A stretch of 64,000 nt of DNA from Mobula hypostoma (lineage: Eukaryota), in the NCBI RefSeq assembly GCF_963921235.1, contig NC_086097.1, positions 43,340,001-43,404,000 on the forward strand, written 5' to 3'. Positions 25,768 to 39,656 of the stretch are shown here, piece after piece. Both the position numbers and the translations under genes were made by a program. Each line of letters begins with the position of its first letter. Position 1 is the first letter of the stretch. The notes beneath the pieces are model-generated. The model had not been told where the DNA came from, did not search any database, and worked only from the letters and a program-made list of their open reading frames with translations.

Positions 25768-28196
25768 ATCTCCAACCTGAGAGTGGCCTCAACATGGCAG
25801 TAGAGGAGGCCATGGATCGATATGTCAGAATGGGAATCAACTTGATCATGGACAAGGATAGATCTGGTCCTAGGCTTGAGGTCCTGAACTGGAAGAAGGC
25901 TAAATTTGAAGAAATGAGAAAGGATCTAAAAAGCGTGGATTGGGACAGGTTGTTCTCTGACAAAGATGTGATCGGTAGGTGGAAAGCCTTCAAAGGAGAA
26001 ATTTTGAGAGTGCAGAGTTTGTATGTTCCTGTCAGGATTAAAGGCAAAGTGAATAGGAATAAGGAACCTTGGTTCTCAAGGGATATTGCAACTCTGATAA
26101 AGAAGAAGAGGGAGTTGTATGACATGTATAGGAAACAGGGAGTAAATAAGGTGCTTGAGGAGTATAAGAAGTGCAAGAAAATACTTAAGGAAGAAATCAG
26201 GAGTGCTAAAAGAAGACATGAGGTTGCCTTGGCAGTCAAAGTGAAGGATAATCCAAAGAGTTTTTACAGGTATATTAAGAGCAAAAGGATTGTAAGGGAT
26301 AAAATTGGTCCTCTTGAAGATCAGAGTGGTTGGCTATGTGCGGAACCAAAGGAAATGGGGGAGATCCTAAATAGGTTTTTTGCGTCTGTATTTACTAAGG
26401 AAACTGGCATGAAGTCTATGGAATTAAGGGAAACAAGTAGTGAGATCATGGAAACTGTACAAATTGAAAAGGAAGAGGTGCTTGCTGTCTTGAGGAAAAT
26501 TAAAGTGGATAAATCCCCGGGACCTGACAGGGTGTTCCCTCGGACCTTGAAGGAGACTAGTGTTAAAATTGCAGGGGCCCTGGCAGAAATATTTAAAATG
26601 TCGCTGTCTACAGGTGAGGTGCCGGAGGATTGGAGAGTGGCTCATGTTGTTCTGTTGTTTAAAAAAGGATCGAAAAGTAATCTGGGAAATTATAGGCCAG
26701 TAAGTTTAACGTCGGTAGTAGGTGAGTTATTGGAGGGAGTACTAAGAGACAGCATCTACAAACATTTGGATAGACAGGGACTTATTAGGGAGAGTCAACA
26801 TGGCTTTGTGCGTGGTAGGTCATGTTTGACCAATCTATTGGAGTTTTTCAAGGAGGTTACCAGGAAAGTGGATGAAGGGAAGGCAGTGGATGTTGTCTAC
26901 ATGGACTTCAGTAAGGCCTTTGACAAGGTCCCGCATGGGAGGTTAGTTAGGAAAATTCAGTCGCTAGGTATACATGGAGAGGTGGTAAATTGGATTAGAC
27001 ATTGGCTCAATGGAAGAAGCCAAAGAGTGGTAGTAGAGAATTGCTTCTCTGAGTGGAGGCCTGTGACTAGTGGTGTGCCACAGGGATCAGTGCTGGGTCC
27101 ACTGTTATTTGTCATCTATATCATTGATCTAGATGATAATGTGGTAAATTGGATCAGCAAATTTGCTGATGATACAAAGATTGGAGGTGTAGTAGACAGT
27201 GAGGAAGGTTTTCAGAGCCTGCAGAGGAACTTGGACCAGCTGGAAAAATGGGCTGAAAAATGGCAGATGGAGTTTAATACAGACAAGAGTGAGGTATTGC
27301 ACGTTGGAAGGACAAACCAAGGTAGAACATACAGGGTTAATGGTAAGGCACTGAGGAGTGCAGTAGAACAGAAGGATCTGGGAATACAGATACAAAATTC
27401 CTTAAAAGTGGCGTCACAGGTAGATAGGGTCGTAAAGAGAGCTTTTGGTACATTGGCCTTTATTAATCAAAGTATTGAGTATAAGAGCTGGAATGTTATG
27501 ATGAGGTTGTATAAGGCATTGGTGAGGCCGAATCTGGAGTACTGTGTTCAGTTTTGGTCACCAAATTACAGGAAGGATATAAATAAGGTTGAAAGAGTGC
27601 AGAGAAGGTTTACAAGGATGTTGCCGGGACTTGAGAAACTCAGTTACAGAGAAAGGTTGAATAGGTTAGGACTTTATTCCCTGGAGCGTAGAAGAATGAG
27701 TGGAGATTTGATAGAGGTATATAAAATTATGATGGGTATAGATAGAGTGAATGCAAGCAGGCTTTTTCCACTGAGGCAAGGAGAGAAAAAAAACAGAGTA
27801 CATGGGTTAAGGGTGAGGGGGGAAAGTTTAAAGGGAACATTAGTGGGGGCTTCTTCACACAGAGAGTGGTGGGAGTATGGAACGAGCTGCCAGATGAGGT
27901 GGTAAATGCGCGTTCTTTTTTAACATTTGAGAATAAATTGGACAGATACATGGATGGGAGGTGTATGGAGGGATATGGTCCGTGTGCAGGTCAGTGGGAC
28001 TAGGCAGAAAATGGTTCGGTACAGCCAAGAAGGGCCAAAAGGCCTGTTTCTGTGCTGTAGTTTTTCTATGATTTCTATGGTTTTCTATGGGAATGGGGAG
28101 TGGAATTAAAATGGTTGGCCACTGGGAAATCTTTCTGTTGCGGACGGAGCAAAGGTGCTCGACAAAGTAGTCCCCTAATCTATGTCAGGTCTCACT
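25768..28196 (-). mobile_element. Penelope GIY-YIG fragment (25768-25837 and 28087-28196) split by a CR1 insertion
   Basis: Both pieces are reverse-complement homologues of consecutive parts of 16170-16345. Confidence 0.75.
25838..28086 (+). mobile_element. young 5'-truncated CR1 LINE with a nearly intact RT frame
   Basis: Track ORF 25746-27905: [39 protein letters not shown]; single frameshift near 27820; (TTTCTATGR)n tail; 8-bp TSD ATGGGAAT at 25830-25837 and 28087-28094. Confidence 0.95.
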
Positions 28197-29228
28197 GGTC
28201 TCAACGCGGGTGCTCCACAAGATTGTGTGCTTAGCCTCCTGCTCCACTCGCTTTACACTTGACTGTGTGGCTAATCACTGTTCCAATACCCTATTTAAGT
28301 TTGTTGATGACTCCACTGTAGCTGGCTGAATCTAAGGTGGTGAAGAATCAGTATATAGGAGGGAGATTGAAAATCTGGCTGAGTGGTGCCATAACAGCAA
28401 CCTCTCACTCAATGAAAGCAAGACCAAGGAGCCGATTATTGACAAAGAGGAGGTATCCAGAAGTTCACGAGCCACTCCTCATGCGGGGATCAGAGTTGGA
28501 GAGGGTCAGTCACTTTAAATTCCTCGGTGTTAATCATTTCAGAGAACCTGTCCTGGGCCCAGCACAGACGTGCAATTAGTGCAACGCATGGCAGCACCTC
28601 TGCTTAGAAGCTTACACAGATTTGGCATGACATCTAAAACTGACAAATTCTATAGGTGTGTGGTGGGGAATGTATTGTCTGGTTGCATCACAGCCTGTTA
28701 TGGAAACACCAATGCCCTTGAATGGAAAATCTTACAAAATGTATACAGCCCAGTTCATGACAGATAAATCCCTCCCCACCACTGAGCACATCTACATGGA
28801 GTGTTGTCGCAGGAAAGCAGCATCCATCTCTTAGATCATGCTCTCTTTTCATTGCTGCAGTCGTGAAGAAGGTACGGGTGCCTCAGGACTCACACCACCA
28901 GGTTCAGGAACAGTTATTCCCCCTCTACATAGTCTCTCAAACCAGAAGAGATAGCCTCATTCAACTTCACTTGCCCGATCACTGAACCTATGGACTCACT
29001 TTCAAGGACTATCTCATGTTCTTGATACTTCTTGCTTATTTGTTTTTTTTTCTCTTGTATTTGCAGAGTTTATTGACTTTTGCATACTGGTTGTCCACCC
29101 TTTTGGGTGTGGTTTTCCATTGATTCTATTATAATTATTTCATTTATTGAGTATGCCTGTAAGAAAACATATCTCAGGGTTGTATGTGGTGACATATATG
29201 TACTTTGATAATAAATTTATTTTGAACC
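28197..29228 (+). mobile_element. Rex/Babar-like LINE 3' fragment
   Basis: GAPQDCVLSLLL, KFVDD, FKFLGV, FYRCVVGNVLSGCITACYG; tail aataaatttattttgaac. Confidence 0.8.
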
Positions 29229-30651
29229 TGGTTGCAAAGATTCCAAATTCTCAAAGAATTATTTTCATGGAACGAGGCTGACAATATCAAACTGATAATG
29301 ACATAATTTTTGTCTTGTTTGTTCAAGGTAGTGCTTTTGTAGAGAGTGAGAGAGAGGCATAGCAATACAAGGCTGGAAAGAGGTTATTTATCAAGTAAAA
29401 CTTTTATGGCATGAATTGAAAGAGGCGAGAGATAATAAAACTAAAGGAAAGCTTTAGCGAAATTATCCAGATTATTGGGAAAGATCCTCATTTTCAAGTA
29501 CCTTCTCATGTTCTTTGGCTTACAATTCTTTGAGATATCTGCTTTCCTCTAACTTTGTGAACTTTAATCAGAGCACCATTGATGACACTGCTTCTCAAGA
29601 CTATTTAACCCTCATATGCTTTCTGCCTCTCATTCGGTCTTTCCTTTGAGACGCTCCTTTAACACTGCTTTAGGATGTCACTTGGTTGTAATTTTTTTTG
29701 GTAATACTTTGTATGTTTTACAACATTTTAGTTCCCTTATAAATATACTGTTACTGTAGAGAAAGAAAAGAAAGTAAGCACAAATATTAAGGGATAGCAG
29801 TTGAGAGTAATGACAATATTTTAAAAACTGGTGGTTATATTGTAAATGAAAATGAGGAAATAACTAAATAATTACTGTCAGTTTTCCTAATGGAAGAAAA
29901 TCATATTCTGTGAAAATTAAAGAAAATCAAAGACTCAGAGCTGTTTACGCTAACTTGAATAAGCACACTGTACAGACTAAAATACTAATAACCACTAACA
30001 AATCCTCAGGAACTGATGGTTTCCATCCTAGGGTTTGAAAGGAAGTAAGCAAGGAAACTAAATGATTTAGCTGTATTCTCCTATTCAGCAATTGTCCCTT
30101 TGGACTGGAAAATTATAAGCATAACTCTTATTTAAGGACAATGAAAGAGAAACCAGAGGAATAGTCACTTGTTAATCTAGCATCTGTTATAAAGTTATTG
30201 TCCAGAGGTATTCGAGATACTTTGAATGAGCCAACTTGGATCTGATATGGGTAGATCATGTCTTAAAATCCTAACTGAAGTTATCAATAAGCAGCCAAGC
30301 AGTAGACAGATGAATGTCCATACATATAACTTTTGGAAGATCTTGAAGGAATTCAGTAAGATTTCACATTAGAGCTTATAAAGTGAAATCAAATTTTATG
30401 TTACTGAAGTGATTAAAATATTGGAAAAATAATAGAAGAAAGGACTATATAGAATGGATAATATCAGATAGAGGTTACTAGCTCACGTTGTCGTTTCTGC
30501 TCACTTTATTCTCAATCATCTGTTTTAGTATAAATGTTTAGTCCCTACTTCCTTTTATGCTTGTTTTCAGTTTGACTCATATTTAATATTAATAAATTCT
30601 GCATACCTACCACTAAAAGTTGTCAAATTGCATGTTTGATTGAAACCACTA

Positions 30652-30858
30652 GGGCGGCATGGTAACGTAGCAGTTTGTGTAATGCAGTTACAGCTTGAGT
30701 GACGCAGGTTCAATTCCTGCTGCTGTCCGTATGTTCTCCCCATGTCCTCCCACAGTACAAAGATCTACAGTTCAGTAGGTTAATTGATCACATGGTTATA
30801 ATTAGGGAGTGCAGACTTGTTGGGCCAGAATGGCCTGTTACCGTGCTGTATCTCTAAG
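30652..30858 (+). mobile_element. tRNA-derived V-SINE (internally deleted)
   Basis: gggcggcatggtaacgtagc A box, ggttcaattcc B box, cctcccacagtacaaaga; homologous to 39657. Confidence 0.7.
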
Positions 30859-31427
30859 TTTAAAATCAAGTTAGTGACTATCTTATATTGATGACCTTTA
30901 ATTTTGCTGTTGTTCACAAGTGGAATCAAATTATTCATGATTTTAAATACCCAAAGAGTAGAGTTAATGGTACATAAATCTAATTGGCAGGAAACTATTG
31001 GTTGTGACTGATAGGATTTATGCTGAGCAAGCATTCAGCTATATATTTGTTCTTGATCCTGGTAACATAAAAGTAATGCATTGAAACTTGCTGATTTTGC
31101 AGACTTGTACTGGTAATGGAAACATAGAGTATAAAATATTTCAAAAGGAGATCTTGATAGATTTAAGAGAATGGACAAAAAGTGACAGATACATTTCAAT
31201 ACAGATTAACTGCTAGTACAACAATCTTAGACCCAAAATGGAATAGAACCTAGGAACAGTGGAGTTCTAAAGATGTTTAGATTACAAAAAATGTTGCATT
31301 TTAGTGCAGAAGTTCTTAAAAGGTTAATTGAACAAGAACATAAAAGGGTGGAAGTTTTGTGATATCTGGATAATGCTTTAGTTGCAAAACATCCGAAATA
31401 CAAAATACAGTAGTCAAATCACAACAC

Positions 31428-32116
31428 TTTGGATTCCAGTTAATTGGGATACATTGGGACCAGTACATTTTGACCTAATTAAGTGGTTGCCCCAATTAGC
31501 CTAAGTTTCATGGAAATAGTTAAAAACATATAAGAAGACAAATTACCATTTAACTGAGTAACAAATTATGAACTTAAATGAAATACAGAACAAATTAGAA
31601 CTCTATCAATACTACTACGGTAGTATAAAACTGTGCATTAGTTTCTAATAGTTATCGACAGAGGAGGTCATCCAGTGTATGCTGCTGTGTTCTTTTGATT
31701 AACTGTAGAAGAACAAAATCAGTGCAGACACCAAGGGTAAATTTTTCAGCTAGTGTCAAATCTTTTCATGCCACCTTGGCAAAGGTCTGTAATTTTTAAA
31801 GTCAAAAAATAAAATGATTAAAAATCACTGCTATTTGAATCAGCACCATCAGCCCAAATGGACAACATAACACAAGCATACACAACTAATGCTATTGAAG
31901 AATTGCTCACTCTAAGCATGGTGTAGTGTCTAATGGCCACACAAGTGCATGCGACTGATGCTAGTTAAAAACTGTTCGGCAGCAACCTCCTGTCCCAGTT
32001 AAGTGGCATAGAGTCCCAGATAAATGTAGGGAATTCTGGTTATTTTCTCAATTCATTTTTGTTCCTTAAGAATTGTCCCAAAATAAGTGGCTGTCTTAAT
32101 TAACCAGAATCCACTA
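31428..32116. mobile_element. non-autonomous Tc1/mariner (Tigger-like) element
   Basis: TIRs ggattccagttaatt ... aattaaccagaatccacta followed by TA; collinear with 38792-39534. Confidence 0.75.
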
Positions 32117-32296
32117 TATTTAGAAAACAGCTATTATCTTTAACTAAACAATTACTGTGCCAGTCCATTTTTATAACAGTTCATAAATCATTACTTCACT
32201 TAAAATCTTCTAACAATGTATCTAAATATATAAGGAAGAATTGACAAAGTACAGGAAAGAAAACAGCGGGTCAGATAGTATCTGTGGATAGAGAAA

Positions 32297-32336
32297 CAGT
32301 TAAATGTTTCGGGTTTGAGACCCTTCATCAGAACTG
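32297..32336 (-). ncRNA. degenerate hammerhead motif in an old solo pseudo-LTR
   Basis: Minus strand CAGTT-CTGATGA-AGGGTCTCAAACCC-GAAA-CATT-TAACTG. Confidence 0.55.
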
Positions 32337-34004
32337 GGAAAGGGAGAAAACAAGTTAGTTTTCTGAAATGATGAGGCTCAGACCATTAATTATTTCACTT
32401 TGTTTTTATTTCATGGTCTTAGCATTTGCAGTTTTTTTAAATCTCTATTTAATCAGGTGCTGATTAATCATGTATGATTTAACAGGGCAATTTTCTCCAC
32501 TGGTGAAAAGTCAAGTCTAAATTTCAACTAAGTTTCAATTTTTATATCTGTGCAGTTACAATGTATATATTTTATATAAGCTTGACTGATAATGAGAAAT
32601 TAATATTTATAATATTCCTTGTTGGCTTTATGAGATCAGCTGAAATCTTAACTTTCCCAGAAACGGATTTCTCAACTTTTTTACTTTTCTGTTATTAGAG
32701 GGATGGGTTAAGATGAAATGCCCAAAGATCCAGGTATATTTTAGGTAAAGCCATCAAAAAACATTGTGTATACAAACATGGAAGGAGTATTACGTTTGTT
32801 AATTAATTGCTTTTCTTTCATCTCTCCACCACCTCAAAAAAAGGAGGGCCCGTTCAATCTTTCTACTCTTCAACAAGAGATTTTGTCAGTCCGGAAGAGC
32901 ACTGATGATCAGAGATAATTGGTTTGGGTAAGCATTTCTTTTGCACATCTCTGGCAGTCTCTGCATTTGAAGAGTGTGTTACCTCTTGTACAAATATTTT
33001 TAAAATTTAAGATTTAAGAAGCCAAAACAATAAACACAAATGTCACAAAAAAATGCATCCTGAAATGCAGGAATAATACGTGGATTCTTGAAAATGCATT
33101 ATTCACTGCCAGTAGTATTTTATTTCAACACATCTACTTTAGAGAGCAAGGAAAGGAGCTGTCTTTGCATGGCATCATTAACCACAAGTGTGCAGCTGCT
33201 TCAATGTACTAGGAACACCCATGACAATATAACACCTTTAATAGCTTCCACGTTTTGCTACAGATGCTCGGATGCAAATAAAACTTCATCTCTAGGATGT
33301 TATGTCACAAGGACTTTTGGAACATTTAATTCCTGTACTTTGACCAAAGTGATGAGAAATGCTGAGACATGATTTCAGCTTGGATACTGACTAATGAAAG
33401 GCCCATTATCCAATGTCAAGATAGCAACACACCCATTTTTCTGCAATCTGCTCTGCCATTATCCCGTTGGTCCAGGCAAGAAGACGAAGTTTTGTTCTTA
33501 CTCTTTTTTTTGCACTACTTTTTACTTTAATTTTAAAAATATATCTGATTGTAATTTATAATTTTTATTACTATGTACTGCCACTGCAAAACAACAAATT
33601 TCATGATGTCTGCCAGTGGTATTAAACCTGATATTGATTCTACAACTGAACCCTTCAGGGCCATTGCTGCTCTGGAATGTCAAACCCTGACACCTGAAGT
33701 GTTCTCGATGGAGTTAATCTACCTCCCACCTTTCAAACGATAGCCCAGGGAAAATGAGACTTAAACTATTAGCAAGATAAACATCAAAGCTTGTATAATG
33801 TGATTCTGAATTACTTCTGTTAAATATGAGATACAGATTAAATTGAGTTGTTGGATTTGTTTTGTGAATTTGTAGTTGGTGATATTTGAGGATTAGGATA
33901 CCTAAGGTGGTACTAAAGGATCAAATTGGAAAGTAGATGTAAGAAATAAATGGTAAGAATAGTTGCCACATTGTGAATGGTGGAGATATTTCATGTGTAT
34001 CACC

Positions 34005-34492
34005 TGCCAGGAAAGGGTACCATTAAGTTGGAAAGAGTGTAAAGATTTATAAATGTGTTGCAGGACTCAAAAGCCTCTAGGGAGAGGTTGTACAAGCTAG
34101 AACTTTATTTCTCGAAGCATTGGAGACTGAAGAGTGACCTTATAGAAGTGTATAAAATCATAAACAGTGTGGATGCACGCAACCTTTTTCTCATGAAAGG
34201 GAATCAAAAACTAGAGAGGACACGTTTAATGAGAGAGGAGAAAGATTTAAAAGGAACCCAAAGATCAATCACACAGAGGGTGGCGCCTATATGGAACAAG
34301 CTACCAGAGAAGATAGTTCATGCAAGTACACCACCACCATTAAGGAGACAGTTGAATAGGTATATAAATAGGAAAAGGTTAGAGGGATAAAGACAAAATC
34401 ATCGCAGATAGAACTAGGTTAGACACCTTGATCAACATGGATGATTTGGACTGAAGGGCCTTTTTCTCTGCTGCTTTATTCTATGACTATGA
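34005..34492 (+). mobile_element. CR1 3' fragment
   Basis: RLKSDLIEVYKI, TQRVAPIWNKLP; tail attctatgactatga. Confidence 0.8.
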
Positions 34493-36159
34493 TCTTATGC
34501 AACCCACTTTTGTGATTCTAGGCTAGCAAAACCTTACGCAAGATCAGAATCTCCATTCCTTTGAATGGAGAATTTCCTAACATGGCAATTAGGAAGACAA
34601 AGATAATTATTTATTTTTTGTTCCGTTATTAAAACTAAATTAAAGCATTACAAGGTGCGTTCATGTATTAAAAGCTACAGAGCAGGTCAACCGGAAACAT
34701 TCGAAGAGCATAGCCTCAGTAATTTGTTCTGTCACTAAGGGTTCACTTACCTCGTTGCCCAACTCTGGTTCAGCAGGCCTAGAATGATTGCATTTGTGTT
34801 ATTGTTCACAGGATAGCATAGGGACCTGGTGAGAAACTGGTAGAGGGATGTGGTTCACAAGTATAGTCAGTAACAGTAGATTGACAGGGGATATGAGCAT
34901 TGATTTTGCTCAGGTATTTTCAGTTTACTTTTGAATAATTTTTCCTGACAGAGAAAGTGCTGATAGTGAAAGGACAGTGGAAGTTTCATCAGTGGTAGAA
35001 TTCAATTTCAGCGGCAGAATTCAATTGAGTAGAACCCTTACAGAATTTCATGGTTCAGTTGTTAGGATTAATTATTGTTTTTCTGAAAAGCATCTTTGCT
35101 TTGCATATTTTAATAAGCCTGATTTTAAAGTTTTCTTTTTCTAACTGAGATTTGGGTTGGTTAGCAAATTTCTTTTAATTTATCCCTCCGTCCCTTGAAA
35201 TTAATTCTGCTCAAATCATATCTATTCTGATGATCCCTGTTTGCCATTGTCAAATTATTTTAAATTTGATAGTTTCATGGACACTGTTCACCAACAGACT
35301 GCAGTGCTTTTTTTTTAAAGAGGCAATCTCATTAATCATGGAAAATTTCTTCCTCTTTACAAATGCTGTAGGACCATTAAACCATATTTGAGCCCTTGAG
35401 CATTCTGTTGAATTTAAATTCACTGCACAAATTCCTTAAAGCCTGTATGTCTCTGCATCTTAATACAAATAAGTTCTTGGATTTAATTATTCTTGCCTTT
35501 TTGATGCAGCAGTAAAAACAAATACAGTATTTCAATTGAGAACTAACAGCATGCCATTAGTGAAACGGTTTATTTTTGAGAAGCTGGTCACCAAAATTGG
35601 ATAAGACCCATTCTACTTTTCATTTATATTCAACAGAAATAAAAGCCAATGACAGAAAAAAAATTTTTGGCCCCTTGGCTTTAAAAGGCAGCAAATAAGG
35701 TATCACAAGATACAAAATAAAAATTTGGGAAATACTACAACAAAATCAAACTGTGATGATAGTACAGAGCAAAGGCTTAAACTGTTAATTACAGATTTAG
35801 CATTAAGTATTAGATTGAACTTGGAATGGACAGTCAGGCTGCTGAGGAATAAAACAGCTACATGTTTTCTTGGGCTGACAAATCATTTTCTATTTGGAGG
35901 AGCTAGAATGAATTCCTTGGGAAAGAGTATGGAATAGGACTCCGCTCAGGATAAAATAAGAGACCTATGGTTGTAAGTTATTTGAAGAAGCTTCAGATAA
36001 GACCACAAGGTGACATTTAGTAGCTGGGCCCAAAGAGAATGGTGTCACTCTTAGTAATAATTAATTTGCAACCAAAACATTTTATTAAAACAAAAATACT
36101 ACCTAATATGACTGTAGCAAACTAACCTACCAGCCCCTCCCCTCTCAATGGCCTTTAAC

Positions 36160-37145
36160 AATGCTTCTATTCAGTCATCCACTTTTCTTGACTGTGCTGG
36201 CCTGATTTATTACTTATTTCGTTTTGCATGCAGAGAATCGTCTGCATTGCCTTTATCTCCCACTCACACAGCATTGATTTTGGGGTTCATCTAGGATCCA
36301 TCCTTGCCTTTCTTTTACTAATTAATGCAGTGACTGGAGTTCTACTATACAGTGCTCTAATCCCTTTAGCTGCTTCTTGTCTGTTATGAACTTTGTTCAA
36401 TATCCTATAATAAATAATTAGATATATTAAAATATGCTTCATTGTTTAATATTATTAAGACAAAAGCCATCCTCTTCTGGGCCCAGCTACTAAATGTTAT
36501 TTTCTGTGGCCTTATCCATGGGATTCAGAACCATGGGTCCTTGACTATTCTGTGATGTGTTCCTGGCCCCATATTCTTTCCTAACAAAGACCATCCGCTT
36601 TTACTTCCATAATTTGATTCTGTCTGTCTTGCCTCACTAACCTTTACACTTAGTATCTTTGTAACCTTAAATTGACTATTTCATTGTTGTCCTAGCAGCT
36701 ACTCACCTTCTCCATACACTTTTGTTCCAAAGACTATTATCCATATGCTAAATTGGCATGATCCTTGCACTCCTGCTGTATCAATTCATCCTGATACAGG
36801 AATTTATTTTAACATTTATTTCAAATTACTGAGTGTCCTCATCACTCATCTCTGTGAAACCACCACTAAGCACTCCATCACCCCACAGCCTTATAATCTC
36901 TGGGCCCCTTTTTGCTCTGCTGTACTTCTCTGATTCCACTGTCCACCCCCTCCCCATTGGATGTCACGCCTTGTTATCTAGGCCTGAGGATACTTTCCTC
37001 AAAACCACTATCGAAGGCAAACCTGCAAATTAATCTCCTTCACCAAGTTTTGATTTCCATTCCTTACGTAGCTTTTTATGCAAAATTTATCTAATTGGGC
37101 CGCAAATGCCCAGGGATAGTCTAAGAGTACTTATAAATGCAAATT
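36160..37145 (+). mobile_element. ancient L2-like LINE remnant
   Basis: ggggttcatctaggatccatcctt (GVxxGSIL-like), aaattgactatttc, C/T-rich L2-type 3' region; very decayed. Confidence 0.45.
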
Positions 37146-37271
37146 ATATTTTTCTGTAATGTAATTTTCATTGAAAAAAAATCTGAAAATGAACACCAAG
37201 TGAAGAACTTCCAACCTCAATAAAGTGCATCAGACTTACGTAATATTCTTTACCCAGTAATTTCAAGGCAG

Positions 37272-37415
37272 TTAAAACTACTGCTTCACAACTCCAGGCA
37301 TCAAGTAATGATCCTGACCCATTGTAAGTTACCCCTAAATGCAAGAAAGGAGGGGAGCCGAAGTATAAGAGAGAAGAGTTTGCTGGGCTACAGGAAAATG
37401 AGACTGATAGCATAA
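37272..37415 (+). CDS. MOK: candidate MOK terminal coding exon
   Basis: ggcag|TTA, phase 0; LKLLLHNSRHQVMILTHCKLPLNARKEGSRSIREKSLLGYRKMRLIA*; HCKLPLNARKEG weakly resembles recalled human QCRLPTIVRKGGR; AATAAA at 37632-37637; acceptor is weak. Confidence 0.4.
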   Translation, partial: LKLLLHNSRHQVMILTHCKLPLNARKEGSRSIREKSLLGYRKMRLIA

Positions 37416-38791
37416 CCCTGCTGGGAGGCTAAACAAACCATTTGTGTCATAATCAGGATTTAACGATCCATGGTATATATTGATACAATAGCAAAAATAT
37501 TTTCCTTATGAAAATTATCTAGCTTTGTTTGTAGTAATGAACATGGGCCTGGAATGGTTTTATTTTAATTTTCATTTAAATCATACAAGTTTTTGAATAG
37601 CAACATTAATGTATTTAAAAATTAATAATTAAATAAAATTATGAATCATTTTGATATCCCAGAATAATAGCTCCTAAACATTTTAAAAACAAGCATTAGG
37701 TATATTATGTCTTTTTTATTTTCTAGATTAGATGTTAGAGAAAAAAGTAGAGTTCATGGTTTTGCTGTTGTATTCATTCTCAAGTTTTCATTTATTTGTA
37801 GTGTCCAGAACAATGGAAATCTACGGCAAAATGTTACAATTTACCCTCTACATAAAGAAAAAGAGATGGCTCCTGAGAACAATTACGATTCAAGAGTATT
37901 CAATAACCATTCCTTTTCACAGAATTCTTGTAATGTTTTTTAAAAATGTTTCAGAAGACCATATTTGTCTTCTACTAGATTACAGGTCAACCATTGGGTT
38001 TGTACCATTTTCTAACTTCAGTTTTTAATCAAGTGATACACTAGCTCAAAGTTTGTTCACTTGATGGTAAAAAATAACAATTTTTTAAAAATAGAAAAGC
38101 CATAAACAAAATGGCATAATATTTTAATCTAAAAATTTAGCACTTTATTTTCAAACTACTTACATTTTTAGAAAACAGATTAATCTAAAGGTAGACTTCC
38201 TTATTTACTGATCAAAAGCTGAAGATGTGAATTAATATTTACAGTCATAAACATTCTTCTGAGAATCCAACATGGAGCAAGAATTTGCATGATCACCAGT
38301 CATAAATGATCAATCTGACAGAAAAATTTCATATTCCATTTAAAGTAGTAACATTAACATTCTCATTTCCATAGAATTAATTTTTGACTGTTGCAAAGAA
38401 ATTTTTATCTTGGGCCAAATTCCAACATTCAGTATGTTAGTTTATTGTTGCCTCAATATTTTTTCTCTACAAAGTTGCAATCATACCAATGAACAAAGCA
38501 GATCATATGTGCACTACAGCATAATTTTTTTTAAACATACACATTTACAAGTTTTAATCCAATTTAATGTTTTTGGAATATGATCTTTAATAAATTTATT
38601 TATCATATAGCATATACATTTTCTTTTGTCTTTTTTGGAGGGGTAAGCACTGACAGTTTCACCATTTCTGAAATTTATCTCAAACTAATTGTTTAAATAT
38701 CAGAGAATTGTGGAATGAGATGTGTGGCAGCAGACTTCCTTTGGAAGGTGTGTTGTTCTCTAGTGGTGACAATTTCAAAATTAATTCAATA

Positions 38792-39534
38792 CAGTGGATT
38801 CCAGTTAATTAGGGCATATCAGATCTAGTACATTTTGGTCCAATTAAGCAGCTGCCCCAATTAGCCAAAGTTTCAAAGTTAAAAAGGTATAAAAAAGACA
38901 AACTGAGAAACAAAACAAATTAAAACACCACCGATACTACTACAGCACTATAAAACTGTATTAGTTCCTAATACTTATTCACAGGGGAATTTATCTGCGT
39001 CACATTCTTTTGCTGTAAATGAACAAAATCAGTGCAGTCATCTGGTGCAGATAATGGACTGGCTTCATAGAATGTTGTCGACCATTGCATCCTCCAAATT
39101 TTCATTTTCATTGTAACATTCAAGATGATTGTCCATACCTTCAATTCTTTGTAGTTCCTAACTTGAAGTAGTGAAATTTTCATTTTCACTTCCAACCAGT
39201 TGCTTGAAACTGTAATGAGCAAAACGGTTCTGAATTGTCTTACAGCTTATTTCTCACCAACTATCAGTGACAAACATCGCTGCTTTTTGAACACAAACAC
39301 ATACAACTGACGCTATTTAAAAACTGTTCTCTTGAAGCACAGTGTAGTCCATAACGACAATGCAAGTACATGCGACTGATGTTAGTTAAAAGCTATTCAG
39401 CAAGTCTGCTGCCCCAGTTAAGCTGCATAGTGTCCCTAAATAAACTAAGGGAATCCTGGCTATTTTCTCAATTAGTTTTTGTTCTTTAAAAGTTGCCCCA
39501 AATAACCGATGGCCTAATTAAATGGATACCACTA
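38792..39534. mobile_element. non-autonomous Tc1/mariner (Tigger-like) element
   Basis: TA|CAGTGGATTCCAGTTAATTAGG ... cctaattaaatggataccacta; same family as 31428-32116. Confidence 0.8.
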
Positions 39535-39656
39535 TGTTCAGTTTTCATTTGAGTATTAAATCCAATAACTTCCATAATTGGAATAATAATTGTATTATCC
39601 AATTAGTATTCAGCTACGCATTTTAAAATATAAAGATGCTGCTTTTATTTCCTTTT

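Noticed and set aside
25746..27905. 719-aa ORF as a host gene or autonomous element
   Set aside because: It is a 5'-truncated CR1 ORF2 lacking most of the endonuclease; the first ~30 codons are flanking sequence and the C-terminus is frameshifted
32699..32733. Small AG..GT-bounded segment as an extra MOK exon
   Set aside because: Stop codon in the phase-0 frame from the better acceptor and no similarity to MOK
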